The position numbers and the translations under genes were made by a program. Below, in pieces: positions 33,302 through 45,600 of a stretch of DNA of 64,000 nucleotides. Every line of letters begins with the position of its first letter. Position 1 is the stretch's first letter. The stretch is from an uncultured cyanobacterium (GTDB taxonomy: Bacteria > Cyanobacteriota > Cyanobacteriia > PCC-9006 > JAAUQQ01), in NCBI GenBank assembly GCA_963718615.1, contig OY970368.1:5120001-5184000 (forward strand). Reading direction: 5' to 3'. Under the pieces are notes generated by a model that was not told the origin of the DNA, made no database searches, and was given only the letters and a program-made list of their open reading frames with translations.

Positions 33302-34552
33302 CTAGGCATCCACCGTCCGTCCCTTTTGCGGAAATAGGCCCGCAGGTTTGATTTGTAAAAAGGCAATAATCAAGGCAAATACCATCACCTTCGCCATACT
33401 CGTCGTCGCAAAGAACGTAAAGAGGTCCGTAATGGGTTGCACGGCTTCAGCCAAATTTAACTGCAACAGCAATTGAGGCAGCGTGCCAGAGCCAATCAGA
33501 TAACTCACCGTCCCAATCAATAACGCCGCCACCACGCTGCCCACGAGCTTACCGACACCGCCAACCACAACCACCATAAAGGCATCGACAATGTAGTTGC
33601 TCCCCAGGTTCGGACCCACGGACCCCAATAGCGTGACGGCGCAGCCCGCGATCCCCGCCAAGCCTGAACCAATGGCAAACGTCAGCGCATCCACTTGATG
33701 GGTGGGAATGCCCAAACAAGCACTCATCTGCCGATTTTGTGTCACCGCCCGAATTCGCAGCCCCCAGCGGGATTTTTGCAAAAACCAATACATGCCCAAA
33801 AGGCAAAGACTGGTCAGAACAATGATAAACAAACGAGCCGAGGGCACCGACAAAATCGTTTTTAGCCAAGCCCGTGAAGCGTCGTTATTCAAACTCTCTT
33901 GGAAGTCCTGAGGAAAAAGACTGAGCAAGGTTCCCCGCAACCAAGCAGGTGCCGTCACGTCAATATTGCGGGCGCTAAACCAGGGTTTGGCTAGGGCTTT
34001 TTGGGCATTGAGAAGGCTTCCGGCAGTGACGGCGATCGCCCCAGACAACATCACCAACACCAGCATCGCCCGCGATTTGATTTGATCCCAATTCGAGCGG
34101 CGTTGCAACAGCCATTTCCCCCCCCAAAAGAGGAGAACAAAGAGGGCTACGGTGAAGGCGATCGCCCAGTTCACACTGCGTACAAACTGAATCAAAATCA
34201 AACTCACCCCCCAAGTCGCCAGCAAAGTCTCCAGCGGTCGCCCATAGAGATGCCGGATCACCTGCCGTTCCAGAAACAACCCCACGGCCCCGGAGACCCC
34301 AAAGGCCAAGACCAGCGCAAAAAAGATATAGGTACCAAACAACGGCGTATCTTTGAGCGGCTGAAACAAGTTCTGCACCACATAGGTGGTGTAGGCCCCA
34401 ATCATCATCAGTTCGCCATGGGCAAGGTTGATAACCCCCATCAAACCAAAGACGATCGCCAACCCCAGCGCTGCGATCAGCAGGACCGCTCCAATACTCA
34501 AGCCGTTGAAAAGAACGTTAAAAACCGCCTCAAAGACTCCTTGAAGGACCAT
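33302..34552 (-). CDS. urtB: Urea ABC transporter permease
   Basis: FGLMGVINLAHGE, RHLYGRPLETLLATWG. Confidence 0.93.
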   Translation of the reverse strand: MVLQGVFEAVFNVLFNGLSIGAVLLIAALGLAIVFGLMGVINLAHGELMMIGAYTTYVVQNLFQPLKDTPLFGTYIFFALVLAFGVSGAVGLFLERQVIRHLYGRPLETLLATWGVSLILIQFVRSVNWAIAFTVALFVLLFWGGKWLLQRRSNWDQIKSRAMLVLVMLSGAIAVTAGSLLNAQKALAKPWFSARNIDVTAPAWLRGTLLSLFPQDFQESLNNDASRAWLKTILSVPSARLFIIVLTSLCLLGMYWFLQKSRWGLRIRAVTQNRQMSACLGIPTHQVDALTFAIGSGLAGIAGCAVTLLGSVGPNLGSNYIVDAFMVVVVGGVGKLVGSVVAALLIGTVSYLIGSGTLPQLLLQLNLAEAVQPITDLFTFFATTSMAKVMVFALIIAFLQIKPAGLFPQKGRTVDA

Positions 34553-34581
34553 CTTTTTCCTGCCACAAAATAAACAAAGAA

Positions 34582-34716
34582 GGGGGCAAATTTGCCCCCT
34601 GTATCCATCCGCGATCGGCCTCACACCAACCGATGACCGTAGGGGCGCGCATTCCGCGCCCAATTGTGCAACAGCGCATCCCGCGCCTGATTTTGCAAAA
34701 GCGCGTAATCTCCCTA
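34582..34716. repeat. REP-like palindromes between urtA and urtB
   Basis: GGGGGCAAATTTGCCCCC; GTAGGGGCGCGCATTCCGCGCCC; ...CCCTAC. Confidence 0.55.
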
Positions 34717-36009
34717 CACCTTGTATTTTTCGCCCTTCGCGGGATCCGACCAATCGCAAGCAAAGCCCTTGGTCTCAGGGACATACTGGTTCCAGGGCAC
34801 CGGATCCACAGGTCCCGGCGTTTCAAAGACGATGTCAAACATGCCATCATCCCGAATTTCGCCGATCCGCACAGTCTTCGAAATATGGTGGTTGGCATTC
34901 ATCGTGACCAACCCTTCCGGTGCATCAAAGGTTTGGCCATAGGCCGCCTCCCGCACCGCTGGAATATCGGTCGAGCCCGCCTTCTCCACAGCTTGCTTCC
35001 AAAGATAGACCATGATATAGGCCGCTTCCATGGGGTCGTTGGTGACGCGATCGTCCCCATATTCCGCCTTAAAGGCCGAAACCCACTTCTCATTGACGGG
35101 GCTCTTGACTGTCTGGAAGTAGTTCCAGGAAGCATAGTGACCCTTGAGAAACTCAGGCCCAATCTGACGCACTTCTTCTTCCGCGATACTGACCGACATC
35201 ACTGGATACTGGTCAGGACCCAGGCCCGCCGCCTGCATCTGCTTAAAGAAGGCGACGTTACTGTCACCATTAAGGCTGTTGAAAATTACCCCCCCATCGG
35301 GCAGTGCAGCCTTAATTTTGGTGATAATCGGCGTGACTTCGGTATTGCCCAGGGGCAGATAATCTTCGCCCACGGTCTCGCCACCCTTGGCGCTGAGCTG
35401 CTCCTTGATGATGGTATTAGCCGTCCGAGGGAAGACATAGTCTGATCCCACCAGGAAGAACTGCTTGCCTTTATTTTCCAGCAGCCAATCCACCGCCGGT
35501 TCAATCTGCTGGTTCGGCGCAGCACCGGTATAAAAAATATTCTTAGAGCACTCTTGACCTTCGTACTGAACCGGATACCACAGCATGTGGTCCTTGGTTT
35601 CAAACGTGTCTTTGACGGCCTTGCGGCTCGCGGAGGTCCAGCAGCCAAATACGACAGAAACCTTATCTTGGTCGATTAACTTGATCGCCTTTTCGTTAAA
35701 CGTCGGCCAGTCGGAGGCACCGTCCTCCTTGACAAACTCAATTTGCTTACCCAGGACCCCCCCGGCTGCGTTGATCTCCTTAATGGCCAGCAACTCCGCA
35801 TCCACCACGGTGTTTTCGCTAATGGCCATGGTGCCGGTCAAGGAGTGCAAAATACCAACCTTGATCGTGTCTCCGCCCCCGCCACTGCTCGCACTACTGC
35901 CTGAATCTCCACCTCCTGCATCTGGGGCAGCACAGGACTTGAGCAAAATGCTGCCTGCGGTTGCCGAACTTAAAACTAAAAACTGACGCCGATTAAACTG
36001 GCTTGCCAT
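34714..36009 (-). CDS. urtA: Urea ABC transporter substrate-binding protein
   Basis: NRRQFL signal, [30 protein letters not shown]. Confidence 0.95.
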   Translation of the reverse strand: MASQFNRRQFLVLSSATAGSILLKSCAAPDAGGGDSGSSASSGGGGDTIKVGILHSLTGTMAISENTVVDAELLAIKEINAAGGVLGKQIEFVKEDGASDWPTFNEKAIKLIDQDKVSVVFGCWTSASRKAVKDTFETKDHMLWYPVQYEGQECSKNIFYTGAAPNQQIEPAVDWLLENKGKQFFLVGSDYVFPRTANTIIKEQLSAKGGETVGEDYLPLGNTEVTPIITKIKAALPDGGVIFNSLNGDSNVAFFKQMQAAGLGPDQYPVMSVSIAEEEVRQIGPEFLKGHYASWNYFQTVKSPVNEKWVSAFKAEYGDDRVTNDPMEAAYIMVYLWKQAVEKAGSTDIPAVREAAYGQTFDAPEGLVTMNANHHISKTVRIGEIRDDGMFDIVFETPGPVDPVPWNQYVPETKGFACDWSDPAKGEKYKV

Positions 36010-36091
36010 TTGAAGACTTGCTCCCCACAAAAGAGACCACACGACAAGTGATACCCCAACAAAATCCTAGGATTTTGCAGGTGTTGACAGC

Positions 36092-36175
36092 ATAGTAGAG
36101 AGCGGCTAGCAGCAAAAATGTATTTTCAACTACAAAACACAATCTCTAGTGAATTTGTTTTGTAGACTTTTGTAC
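36092..36175 (-). promoter_or_regulatory. NtcA-activated promoter of urtA (two GTA-N8-TAC sites)
   Basis: GTATTTTCAACTAC (36120-36133) with TACTAT -10 box 22 nt downstream on the minus strand; second site GTAGACTTTTGTAC (36162-36175). Confidence 0.8.
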
Positions 36176-36206
36176 TTTCTCATACGCAATCGACCGATCC
36201 CCAGGA

Positions 36207-36812
36207 TTAATCCCTCTGGATTGGCATTTGGCAACGGACGAATGCTAGGACTAAATCAAGACCCTCTCCAGATTTGAGATTGGTAAAGACAAAGGGTTTT
36301 TCGGGCCGCATCCGGGCGGTATCCTGTTGCATTACCGCTAAATCTGCTCCCACATGGGGGGCAAGGTCTGTCTTATTAATTACCAGTAGATCAGACTTTG
36401 TAATACCAGGTCCCCCTTTACGGGGAATCTTGTCACCCCCAGCCACATCAATTACATAAATCGTTACATCAACCAATTCAGGGCTGAAGGTCGCGGCTAA
36501 ATTATCTCCACCACTCTCAACCAACACTAAATCTAAGACAAACTGATGTTCTAGGTCTTCGATCGCACTCAAATTAATCGAAGCATCTTCGCGAATGGCG
36601 GTGTGGGGGCAACCGCCGGTTTCTACGCCTCGGATGCGATCGCTCGCCAAAGCCTGACTCCGAACCAAAAACTGCGCATCCTCTTGGGTATAAATATCAT
36701 TGGTCACCACTGCCAGTTGATAGTGATCCCGCAGGGCTTTGCACAGGGCATCGACGAGTGCTGTTTTACCGGAGCCTACGGGACCTGCAATCCCAATACG
36801 AAGGGGAGACAT
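36207..36812 (-). CDS. ureG: Urease accessory GTPase
   Basis: [26 protein letters not shown]. Confidence 0.96.
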   Translation of the reverse strand: MSPLRIGIAGPVGSGKTALVDALCKALRDHYQLAVVTNDIYTQEDAQFLVRSQALASDRIRGVETGGCPHTAIREDASINLSAIEDLEHQFVLDLVLVESGGDNLAATFSPELVDVTIYVIDVAGGDKIPRKGGPGITKSDLLVINKTDLAPHVGADLAVMQQDTARMRPEKPFVFTNLKSGEGLDLVLAFVRCQMPIQRD

Positions 36813-36864
36813 GAAGGTGATTTCGAAAGAGCATCAAAGCATGGGTTGATTTTACCGCGCCATC

Positions 36865-38022
36865 CTACAGTCCCAAATATTGCTTGACCCCTTCGGCAAT
36901 GCCCTTCGCCATTTGGGTGCGAAACTGGCTGCTACGGAGATTTGCCGAATCCTGAGCCCCGGTGACAAACCCCGTCTCGACCAATACCGAAGGCATGGAG
37001 GTTTGAGTCAGGACATAGAACCGAGCGGTGCGGACGCCGCGATCGCGAATATTGGTGGTTTGCAAAATCTTCTGATGAATGGTCCTCGCCAAATCACCTC
37101 CAGACGAATAATAGTAAGTCTCCAGCCCATTTACATCCGGACGAGACAAACTAATGGCATTAGCATGAATACTCACAAATATCGTCGCATTTGCCCGCTC
37201 AGCCATGGCAACACGGGGAGCCAAATCTAAATCATATTCCCCGGATCGAGTCATCAGGGTTTTAATGCCAGCCGCTTCTAGTTGTGACGACACCTGACGA
37301 GCAATATCCAAAACCACATCGGTTTCTCGCAAACCCTGCTGGCCAACGGCCCCCGGATCAGGCCCCCCATGCCCCGGATCAATCACCACCAAATAGCGAC
37401 CATTGGGCACCGACGGATTACTGGGCGTGGGAGTCTCCAAGACCGGCGGCGGACCGGGCGGCAGCGTCACCTTAATCGGCTGGGAGGCAACGGGTGCCGG
37501 TGGTGTCAAAACCGGTGGCCTTGAAACCGGCGGGGTGGAAACTGGCGGGGTGGAAACTGGCGGAGTCGTAACCGGCGGAGTAGGCGGGACATAGGGCGGC
37601 GTGGTGGTGGGCAGTTCATTCTCTATGCTGACCCGCTGGGGTTCCGGCATTTCCAGCACCCAGTTATTGGCAGTCCGTTCCCGCACTCGGACCTGCTGGG
37701 GGTCAAGGGTCCAGCCTGATGCAAGTTCAACTACGATCCGGGTAGTTTGGCGATTGAACTGGGCAATGCGAACCTCTCGAATGGCTCCTTGCCCTGGCTG
37801 CATGATCTTGGAACGCCCGAGTTTTACCCCTGGCAAATCCACGACCACCCGCATTGGGTTCATAATCATCTGGGCTTGGGGTTTAACCCGTCCGTTGGTG
37901 CTAAATTCCAACTGATTGCTGGGGGCGTTCAGTTGCCAACGGGACAATTGGGCAGCTTCTGCCGGAAGACAGAGCAAAGCAGAACTCACCGCTGCAAGAA
38001 TCCAGGGAAGACGGCTACGCAT
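36865..38022 (-). CDS. N-acetylmuramoyl-L-alanine amidase (AMIN + Amidase_3), AmiC-like
   Basis: Signal peptide, AMIN-like RVVVDLP/RIVVEL, Pro-rich linker, IDPGHGG, SIHAN, LVETGF. Confidence 0.9.
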   Translation of the reverse strand: MRSRLPWILAAVSSALLCLPAEAAQLSRWQLNAPSNQLEFSTNGRVKPQAQMIMNPMRVVVDLPGVKLGRSKIMQPGQGAIREVRIAQFNRQTTRIVVELASGWTLDPQQVRVRERTANNWVLEMPEPQRVSIENELPTTTPPYVPPTPPVTTPPVSTPPVSTPPVSRPPVLTPPAPVASQPIKVTLPPGPPPVLETPTPSNPSVPNGRYLVVIDPGHGGPDPGAVGQQGLRETDVVLDIARQVSSQLEAAGIKTLMTRSGEYDLDLAPRVAMAERANATIFVSIHANAISLSRPDVNGLETYYYSSGGDLARTIHQKILQTTNIRDRGVRTARFYVLTQTSMPSVLVETGFVTGAQDSANLRSSQFRTQMAKGIAEGVKQYLGL

Positions 38023-38210
38023 AACTGTAATGTAGTGTTGAGGAGCGTGAAGATGTTCCCGGTCCCTGACGTCATAGAGGAGCAGAAGGTGTCGGGGAAG
38101 ACGAATATTTTTTTGAACTTCTCTATCTAGGGTCTGAGGAAAGGTCAAATCAATCTGACTAGTGTAAGGAAGGCATTTTCCTTTCGCTACGCTTGCATGC
38201 AGGTTGACCC

Positions 38211-39689
38211 ATGACTCCTGACAAAAATATCCTCACCAACGCCGCTGGCATTCCCGTCCCCAGCAACGACGTCTCTAAAGGCATTGGCAAGCGAGGGCCG
38301 CTGCTGCTGGAGGATTACACACTGCTAGAAAAAATGGCCCACTTCAACCGGGAGCGGATTCCCGAGCGGGTGGTTCACGCCATTGGTGCGGGAGCCTACG
38401 GAACATTGACGGTGACCGAGGATATTACCCACCTAACCAAGGCCAAGCTGTTTTCCGAGGTGGGCAAAGAGACCGAAATGTTTGTCCGCTTCTCGACCGT
38501 GGCCAAATCCAAAGGTGGCTCCGATATCTATCGGGATTTGCGAGGCTTTGCCATGAAGTTCTATACCGAGGAGGGCAACTGGGATCTGGCGGGGAATAAT
38601 ACGCCGATCTTTTTTGTGCGTGACCCGATGAAGTTTATGGATTTTATTCGGTCTCAGAAAGAGCATCCCGAGCAGCACTGGCGACAGGATGAAATGTGGT
38701 GGGATTTTTGGTCTTTGGTGCCGGAAAGTATTCACCAGGTGTTGTGGCTGATGGGCGATCGCGGTGCTCCCATGGGCTGGCGGCATCTCAATGGCTATGG
38801 TAGCCACACCTTTAGCTTCATTAACGATCGCGACGAACGCACCTGGGTCAAATTCCATTTCAAGACGGACCAAGGCATCAAAAACTTTACCGAAGAGCAG
38901 TGGCAACAGATGCAGGGCATCGAACCCCGCTGGGCCACGAAGGATCTGTACCAGGCGATCGACCAAGGCAACTATCCCTCTTGGACGATGTACATCCAGA
39001 CGATGACCGATGAGCAGGCTGCCACATTCCCGTGGAATCCGTTTGACCTCACGAAGATTTGGCCCCATGCGGATTATCCGCTCCAGCGGGTCGGTCGGTT
39101 TGAGCTCAATCGCAATCCCGACAATTATTTTGAAGAAGTCGAGCAAGCAGCGTTTTCGCCGGGTAATGTCGTACCGGGAATCTCCTGGTCCCCAGACCGG
39201 ATGCTCCAGGCCCGGATCATGTCCTACGCCGATGCCCACCGCTATCGCCTCGGCGTCAACTACGACACCTTGGCGGTGAATCGCCCCCACGCCACGGAAG
39301 CCAACACGCCCTACCGGGATGGCTCAATGCGTGCCGATGGTAACAATGGTTCGCGCATCAACTACAGCCCGACGCACCGCGATTATCCTAGCGTCGACGC
39401 CAAAGCCAAGGAGCCGAGCCATCACGTTGAGGGCATGGCAGGCCGCATTGAGCTGGATGAGCCCGACCACTTTGACCAAGCTCGCATGTTTTACCAAATG
39501 CTGGACGACGACGCCAAGGACCGGCTTGCCCACAATATTGCGGGTAGTTTGGGCAAATGCGCACCGCCCATTCAGGATGCACAAATGAACCTGTTCCGCC
39601 AGGTAGACAAGCAGTTGGCTCAGCAAGTCAAAGCCAAAATGCAAAGCGAAGAACCGCCTAAACCAGAGCCGATGCCTGCGAGTGTGTAG
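38211..39689 (+). CDS. Monofunctional small-subunit heme catalase
   Basis: FNRERIPERVVHA, RFSTV, GNNTPIFF, RIMSYADAHRYRLG. Confidence 0.95.
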   Translation: MTPDKNILTNAAGIPVPSNDVSKGIGKRGPLLLEDYTLLEKMAHFNRERIPERVVHAIGAGAYGTLTVTEDITHLTKAKLFSEVGKETEMFVRFSTVAKSKGGSDIYRDLRGFAMKFYTEEGNWDLAGNNTPIFFVRDPMKFMDFIRSQKEHPEQHWRQDEMWWDFWSLVPESIHQVLWLMGDRGAPMGWRHLNGYGSHTFSFINDRDERTWVKFHFKTDQGIKNFTEEQWQQMQGIEPRWATKDLYQAIDQGNYPSWTMYIQTMTDEQAATFPWNPFDLTKIWPHADYPLQRVGRFELNRNPDNYFEEVEQAAFSPGNVVPGISWSPDRMLQARIMSYADAHRYRLGVNYDTLAVNRPHATEANTPYRDGSMRADGNNGSRINYSPTHRDYPSVDAKAKEPSHHVEGMAGRIELDEPDHFDQARMFYQMLDDDAKDRLAHNIAGSLGKCAPPIQDAQMNLFRQVDKQLAQQVKAKMQSEEPPKPEPMPASV

Positions 39690-39727
39690 CGATTAGAAGA
39701 GATAAGAGCATTCTTAAAGCCCAGACA

Positions 39728-39760
39728 AAAAGCCCAGACCATTGAGTCTCTGGGCTTTTT
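39728..39760 (+). terminator. Terminator after catalase
   Basis: AAAAGCCCAGA-loop-TCTGGGCTTTT. Confidence 0.75.
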
Positions 39761-39816
39761 GGTCGGCATCGATTGTCCCTGATAGAATAAGAGTACTTTC
39801 GTAAGCGGCGAGCACA

Positions 39817-40203
39817 ATGGTTGTCAACTCAACAGCAACGCCTACCTCTAGGATGACGAAGTTATGCTATCCCATACTATTAGAACCGGTGTCAGGGGGA
39901 TGGATTGTATCCATTCCGGGATGGGTGGAAGCTAGAGCCGTTGGAACAAGCAGGGAAGGGGCAGTAGACTCCCTTCGGCAATGGGTGAGTCAACGGCTTC
40001 AGGAATCCATCACTCCAACCGGAGAATTCTCTCAGCTTGAGCTTGATTTTCCCTGTGACTTAACCAATCCTATCCTACATTTCGCGGGTATGTTTGCAGA
40101 CGATCCAGCATTTGATTCTATGATGGAGCATCTAGAAGCATTCCGCCAAGAGGATCGCGAGGCGTATTTTCGCCAACTCGACGCTGAAGAAGTAAAAGAA
40201 TAG
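39817..40203 (+). CDS. HicB-like antitoxin
   Basis: YPILLE..GGWIVSIPG...A.G.SRE.A; FAGMFADDP; directly upstream of a PIN toxin. Confidence 0.65.
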   Translation: MVVNSTATPTSRMTKLCYPILLEPVSGGWIVSIPGWVEARAVGTSREGAVDSLRQWVSQRLQESITPTGEFSQLELDFPCDLTNPILHFAGMFADDPAFDSMMEHLEAFRQEDREAYFRQLDAEEVKE

Positions 40204-40220
40204 AAACCCCAAAGAACGCG

Positions 40221-40640
40221 ATGCTGAGAGTCTTAGATACAGACCATATCTCACTTTTTCAGCGCAATCATACTCAGGTTGTAAGACGAGTAAGAGAAAC
40301 GGCAAGCAGTGACCTTGCTATCACTATTATTTCGGTTGAAGAGCAGATGCGGGGCTGGCTAGCGGCGATTCGTCAAGCTTCAAATTCAACACAGTTAATC
40401 GAGAATTATCAGCGACTCGCTAGTACGGTAAGATATTTTAATACTATCGCTGTGCTTCCATTTAATCAGAAGGCAAATCATTGCTATGAAAACTTTTTAA
40501 GTCAAAGAATTCGCGTTGGACGTCAAGATCTAAAGATTGCGGCGATCGCGATCGCCCATGATGCAGTTTTAGTGACTCGAAATCGGCGAGACTTTTCGCA
40601 AGTACCAGGATTACAATGGGAGAGCTGGGCAACCGAATAG
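40221..40640 (+). CDS. VapC/PIN-domain toxin
   Basis: [25 protein letters not shown]. Confidence 0.9.
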   Translation: MLRVLDTDHISLFQRNHTQVVRRVRETASSDLAITIISVEEQMRGWLAAIRQASNSTQLIENYQRLASTVRYFNTIAVLPFNQKANHCYENFLSQRIRVGRQDLKIAAIAIAHDAVLVTRNRRDFSQVPGLQWESWATE

Positions 40641-40668
40641 ACATTCTAGACATGGATTGAGGAGGGCA

Positions 40669-41640
40669 ATGAAGTCAAGGTCCTTATTGGGCGATCGCCT
40701 CAAACAAAAAGCCCTCGACCTCGGCTTCCACCAAGTCGGCATCGCCCGCGTTGCCGATTGGGACCATGAACAGCAACCCAACCAAGCCCTTCAACGCTGG
40801 CTCGACCAAGGCTACCAAGCCGACATGGCCTGGATGGCCAACCCCAAACGCCAAGACATTCACCAAGTCCTTCCCGGCGTACGCTCCGTCATCGCCCTCG
40901 CCCTCAACTACTACACCCCCCATTCTCACAGCGACGATCCCAACCACGGCAAAATTTCCCGCTACGGCTGGGGCCGAGACTACCACCGAGTCCTCGGCAA
41001 AAAGCTCAAGGCCCTCAGCCTCTGGATCGAAGACCAGCCCTCAACCGACGGAGCCGCGATCGCCACCCGCTGGTACGTCGACACCGGCCCCCTCTCCGAC
41101 AAACTCTGGGCTCAACGGGCCGGACTGGGCTGGATCGCCAAAAATAGCAACCTCATCTCCCGCCAATACGGCTCCTGGATGTTCCTCAGCGAAATCCTTA
41201 CCACGCTGGATCTAGAACCCGATCGCCCCCATACGGCCCACTGCGGCACCTGCACCCGCTGTCTTGACGCTTGCCCGACCCAGGCGATCGCCCAGCCCTT
41301 CGTCGTCGATGCCAACCGCTGTATCGCCTATCACACAATCGAAAACCGCGCGGCGGAACTCCCGGATGGGATCGCCGTCAACTTGAAAGGATGGGTTGCA
41401 GGGTGCGACATCTGCCAAGACGTTTGCCCCTGGAACGAGCGATTTGCCCAGCCCACCGATGTTTCAGACTTCGAACCCTACCCTGGGAATCTGGCCCCCG
41501 ACCTCCAGGAGTTGGCGGAGCTGAGCGAAGCTGACTGGCAAGAACGCTTTCCTGCCTCCGCCCTCCGCCGTATCAAACCCACCCAGTGGCAGCGCAACGC
41601 CCGCGCCAATCTCCGGGCATCTTCCTCCGATTCCCCTTGA
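40669..41640 (+). CDS. queG: Epoxyqueuosine reductase
   Basis: [40 protein letters not shown]. Confidence 0.95.
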   Translation: MKSRSLLGDRLKQKALDLGFHQVGIARVADWDHEQQPNQALQRWLDQGYQADMAWMANPKRQDIHQVLPGVRSVIALALNYYTPHSHSDDPNHGKISRYGWGRDYHRVLGKKLKALSLWIEDQPSTDGAAIATRWYVDTGPLSDKLWAQRAGLGWIAKNSNLISRQYGSWMFLSEILTTLDLEPDRPHTAHCGTCTRCLDACPTQAIAQPFVVDANRCIAYHTIENRAAELPDGIAVNLKGWVAGCDICQDVCPWNERFAQPTDVSDFEPYPGNLAPDLQELAELSEADWQERFPASALRRIKPTQWQRNARANLRASSSDSP

Positions 41641-41739
41641 TTTCAGTTTGAGTGAGAGATAATGATGGAGATGGTGCATTTTAGAAACAAGCGACCCCAA
41701 TCCCAGACCGTTCCTAGGCAGTTACTTTGGATCTCATCC

Positions 41740-42588
41740 GTGAAACTATCCCGTCTTTTCTCCCTCAGCCTCGTTTTCAGCCTGACCCACAGCCTCGCCG
41801 CTGTTGCTCAGGTGCCCCACACCGCCACCATTGACTTCAAGGAGCTGCGGGAGAGCGGGTTAGCGCTGGCCCAGGAAGCAGCCCAACGGACCCAGTTTCA
41901 GCAGTACGATATTGCCCTTCAGCAAGCGGAGCTCGCAACCCAGCTCGTGCCCGATGACTACCGGGTCTGGGCTGTCACTGCCGACATTTATCTCCGCACC
42001 GACGAGACCGATAAGGGCATCGAAGCCCTTGATAGGGCTCGCAAACTGGAACCCCAGGATCCGGCGATTAATCTGGCCCTCGGTACGGCTTACTTCCGCA
42101 AACAGGAGTATAAAACCGCCACGGACTACTACGAAAAAGGCGTTCAGCTCAAGCCGGATTCCCCCGGTGCACTGTTTGATTTGGGCAATGCCTATTATCT
42201 GACCCAACGTTATACAGAAGCGGTGAGCACCTACCAAAAGGCCGTTGATCTCAGCGACGATTTTTGGGAAGCAATTAACAATATTGGGCTCGTGCGTTAC
42301 GAACAGGGGCAAAAAGATGGGGCGATCGCCGAATGGGAGCGAGCCCTGGCCATCAATCCCAAAGCCGCTGAACCCCAGCTTGCCTTGGCGGTGGCGCTGT
42401 TTGGCAAGGGCGATCGCAGCAAAAGCCTAAAGCTGGCGGAAACCGCGCTCAAAACGGATCAGCAGTATGGCAGCATGGACTTTTTGAAGGAACAGTTGTG
42501 GGGCGATCGCCTCCTGCAAGATACAAAACTCTTCCTCTCCACCCCTCAAATGAAGAGCGTCCTCGCCCGCGTCCAAGAGGCACAATAG
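41740..42588 (+). CDS. Exported TPR protein
   Basis: Signal peptide and several TPR motifs. Confidence 0.85.
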   Translation: MKLSRLFSLSLVFSLTHSLAAVAQVPHTATIDFKELRESGLALAQEAAQRTQFQQYDIALQQAELATQLVPDDYRVWAVTADIYLRTDETDKGIEALDRARKLEPQDPAINLALGTAYFRKQEYKTATDYYEKGVQLKPDSPGALFDLGNAYYLTQRYTEAVSTYQKAVDLSDDFWEAINNIGLVRYEQGQKDGAIAEWERALAINPKAAEPQLALAVALFGKGDRSKSLKLAETALKTDQQYGSMDFLKEQLWGDRLLQDTKLFLSTPQMKSVLARVQEAQ

Positions 42589-42671
42589 CGCCAACATAAT
42601 CCCTCCATTTTGGCTGGTAGGGTCGAACTGCGGTTCGACCCTTTTTTGTGGATCCTGACAACATCCCCCGG

Positions 42672-45600
42672 CTAATTCTGAACGATTAAAGCACCATCCG
42701 TTCGGGGCTCTAGGGTGATCCGGTTGGCGATCGAAGTGCCGTTCATCTGCCAGAGCACGTTGGCCCCAGTGGTCGGATTTTGCCAGAGAATGTCCGCCTG
42801 CTGATCATTGTTGTAGTCACCACTGCCGGCGAGCACCCAGTCTCTGGAAACCGGCGGCAACGAGACCGCCTGGGTTACGGTGATACCGTCCATAATCCAA
42901 ATCAGATTTTGGCCCGTGGCAAGGTTTCGCAGCACCAAATCGGGTCTCACATCATCGTTGAAATCGCCAACCGCTTCGATTTGCCAGTTTCTGTCTCCAA
43001 TAATCGGCCCAAAGGTGGCTTCGCTCTTTTTGGTTTGGTCGCCATTCATATACCAAACCGAATACTGACCTGTGCTGGTGTTATTCCAGATAATGTCTTC
43101 TTGGCCATCTCCATCAAAGTCGCCCACGCCGCGAATGGACCACTGACTCGCTCGACTTTCAATTTCATCTACATCATCGGCGACAATATTAACAGTTTGA
43201 GCCCCTAAATCAGTGGGGTCTAGTGTAACAATGGCATTTTTCCCCGTCGCGTCTTCTCGAAGGAGCAAATCTGGTGTGCCATCCCCATTAAAGTCACCCG
43301 TACCGCGAATATTCCAGGTGTTGTAGGGATCCGGCAAGGTAAAGGCAACCTCGGTTTCCTTAGTGTCGCCATCCATAAACCAGATCGAGATCTCGTTGGT
43401 GGTTGGATTGACCCAGAGGATATCGCTAGAGCCATCTTGATCAAAGTCGTTTTTGGCTTCGCTCGTGACAGCATCCAAATCCAGATTGATGATCTGAGTA
43501 TCGATCAACTCCAGCGGCGGATTTTCTGGGCCATTATTACCCAGGTCATTCACTTCAATCGTAATACTGGCATCCGCATCAACATTTAACGGCTTAAACC
43601 GTAACCCATCCAAAGCTGCATTAATTGCAACTTCGGTCCCCGTAAACGTCATCGACGCATCCGCCGTTCCGGTACCGGTAGAAAAGATCAATCCTTCAAT
43701 CGTCCCAAGGGTTAAGCTGCCCGTATTCGGCGTCACGCTCAGCGTCACTTGTAAGGATTGGGTCGGCAAGGCATCGTCATCGAGGGTTAAAACATTACCC
43801 GTGGCTTGAGAAAAGGTCAGCGAGCCGTTGCCATTGAGTTGGATCTTGGCTGCGGGATCCACCTCCTGAAGCACCCCATTTTGCAAAAACTGGATATCAG
43901 GTGGGTCGTTTTCAAAAACAATGGGTGCGTAGGTTGCTTCAAATACCGCTGAAGCCGCGTTGGGGTTATTGGCAACGTCAATGGCAGCGCCTGGCTTGAC
44001 GCTGATGGTGACCGGACCCGGCTGACTGGGGGCAATGGTTAGGGTGTAGGCCGTATCCGAACCCGCTACCGGAACCACCTGCGTCACCGAACCATTGTCA
44101 ATCAGCAAATCTTCCAGCGTCGCCGGTGCAGTAGTAAACGTCTGGAAGCCGGTGACTACCTCAGAAAACGTAACTGTGACCTCAAAGGTTTCGTCTAACA
44201 CCGGCTCAGTCGGCCCTGCCAACACCACCGTGGGAACCTCGCCATCATAGGTCACGTTCAAAACGTTAGAGGCGGTATTCGGATTGGTGGCCAAGTCCGT
44301 TGCGACCCCTGCACCGATGGAGATTTCAAGCTGCTGCACGGTGTTGGCAGCCCCTGGGTTGGGAGTTACCGTAAAACTATATTTTGTACCATCCACCGGA
44401 TCAACCAGGACTGGCTCAGAGGCGACAAAGTTATTGCCTGGGCCAAAGCTAATATCCGATGCCTCAAACCCAAGGATTGCTGGAGAAAGATTATCACCAA
44501 AATCCGCTATGACCGTAAAGGGCTGGTTGGTCGGCCCAGTCAAATCAGTTGTCAAAACAACCGAAGGACTCGTCACGTCATAGATTCGGGTGATAGAATT
44601 GGCAGCCTCGCTGGGGTTACCCGCCAAATCGGTAAAAATGCCCTGGGGCAGACTCGCCGTAACTTCACCTTCAGCGGCAGGGGTGAGGATGAAGTCAAAG
44701 ATTGTGGGAGAGGTGGAGGTGATATTGAATAGAGAGGCCGAGCCGTTGGTAAAGCTGAAGAAAGTTGCTTCGTCGAAGGGGGCGATCGCCTCGCTAAACG
44801 TCGCCGCAATACTAAAGATCCCCTGGTTAAAGTACTCTGGCGTTGCTGAAAATAAGGTAACCGTTGGATTTTTGGTGTCAATATCAAAGATATCCGTCAC
44901 CAGCTCCGAATCCGGCTGGGCAGGCTCTTGCTCTAAGCCATCTGGATTTTTCGCGCCCGTAATCTTCAGATCCAGATCCGCAATTTCAACCCCCAAATCA
45001 ACCACATCATATCTGGCAACAAAGGCTTTGTTGGCAACCCCTTCGTAGGTAATCCATTCGCTCTGGGCTGCGTTGAAAACAAGTGTGCCACCGGGTTGCT
45101 CGTTAGGAAATTCGATCGTGGGCTGGATACTCGGATCCATGCCTTCGCTGTAGACGATCGTGAAGCTGAATCCAGGGGTTACTGCATTGGCACTGGCAGT
45201 CCCCACATTGTTATCCGAAACAATTAGATCGGCATCATCATTAACAATGACATCCACAACCTCCGGCAACGTCCGCAGAAAATAGACCGCTCCAGAATTT
45301 TCAACATCTACCAGATCGTCATCAGGTCGCGACAATAACAAATCATCTTGGCCTAGAACACTGACATCAGCAGGAGCTCCAATCAGCGCTTGGCTACCAC
45401 CAATGGGATTTTGATAAATCGCCACAGCTGTGCCGAGGGCCGGTTGATTTTCAATCCCATATAACTTTTCTTGAGCACCAGGCTGGATACCGCCATCCAA
45501 AATCTCATTTCCTGCCTCACCCTCTGCAAAACTGATTTCGTTTCCGTTTGCATCCACTGCCGCTTTCGTCAGTTGAATGACTTCGATTTGCTCCCACTGG

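Noticed and set aside
38433-39290. 285-aa ORF antisense to the catalase
   Set aside because: It is a shadow ORF fully overlapping a well-supported gene.
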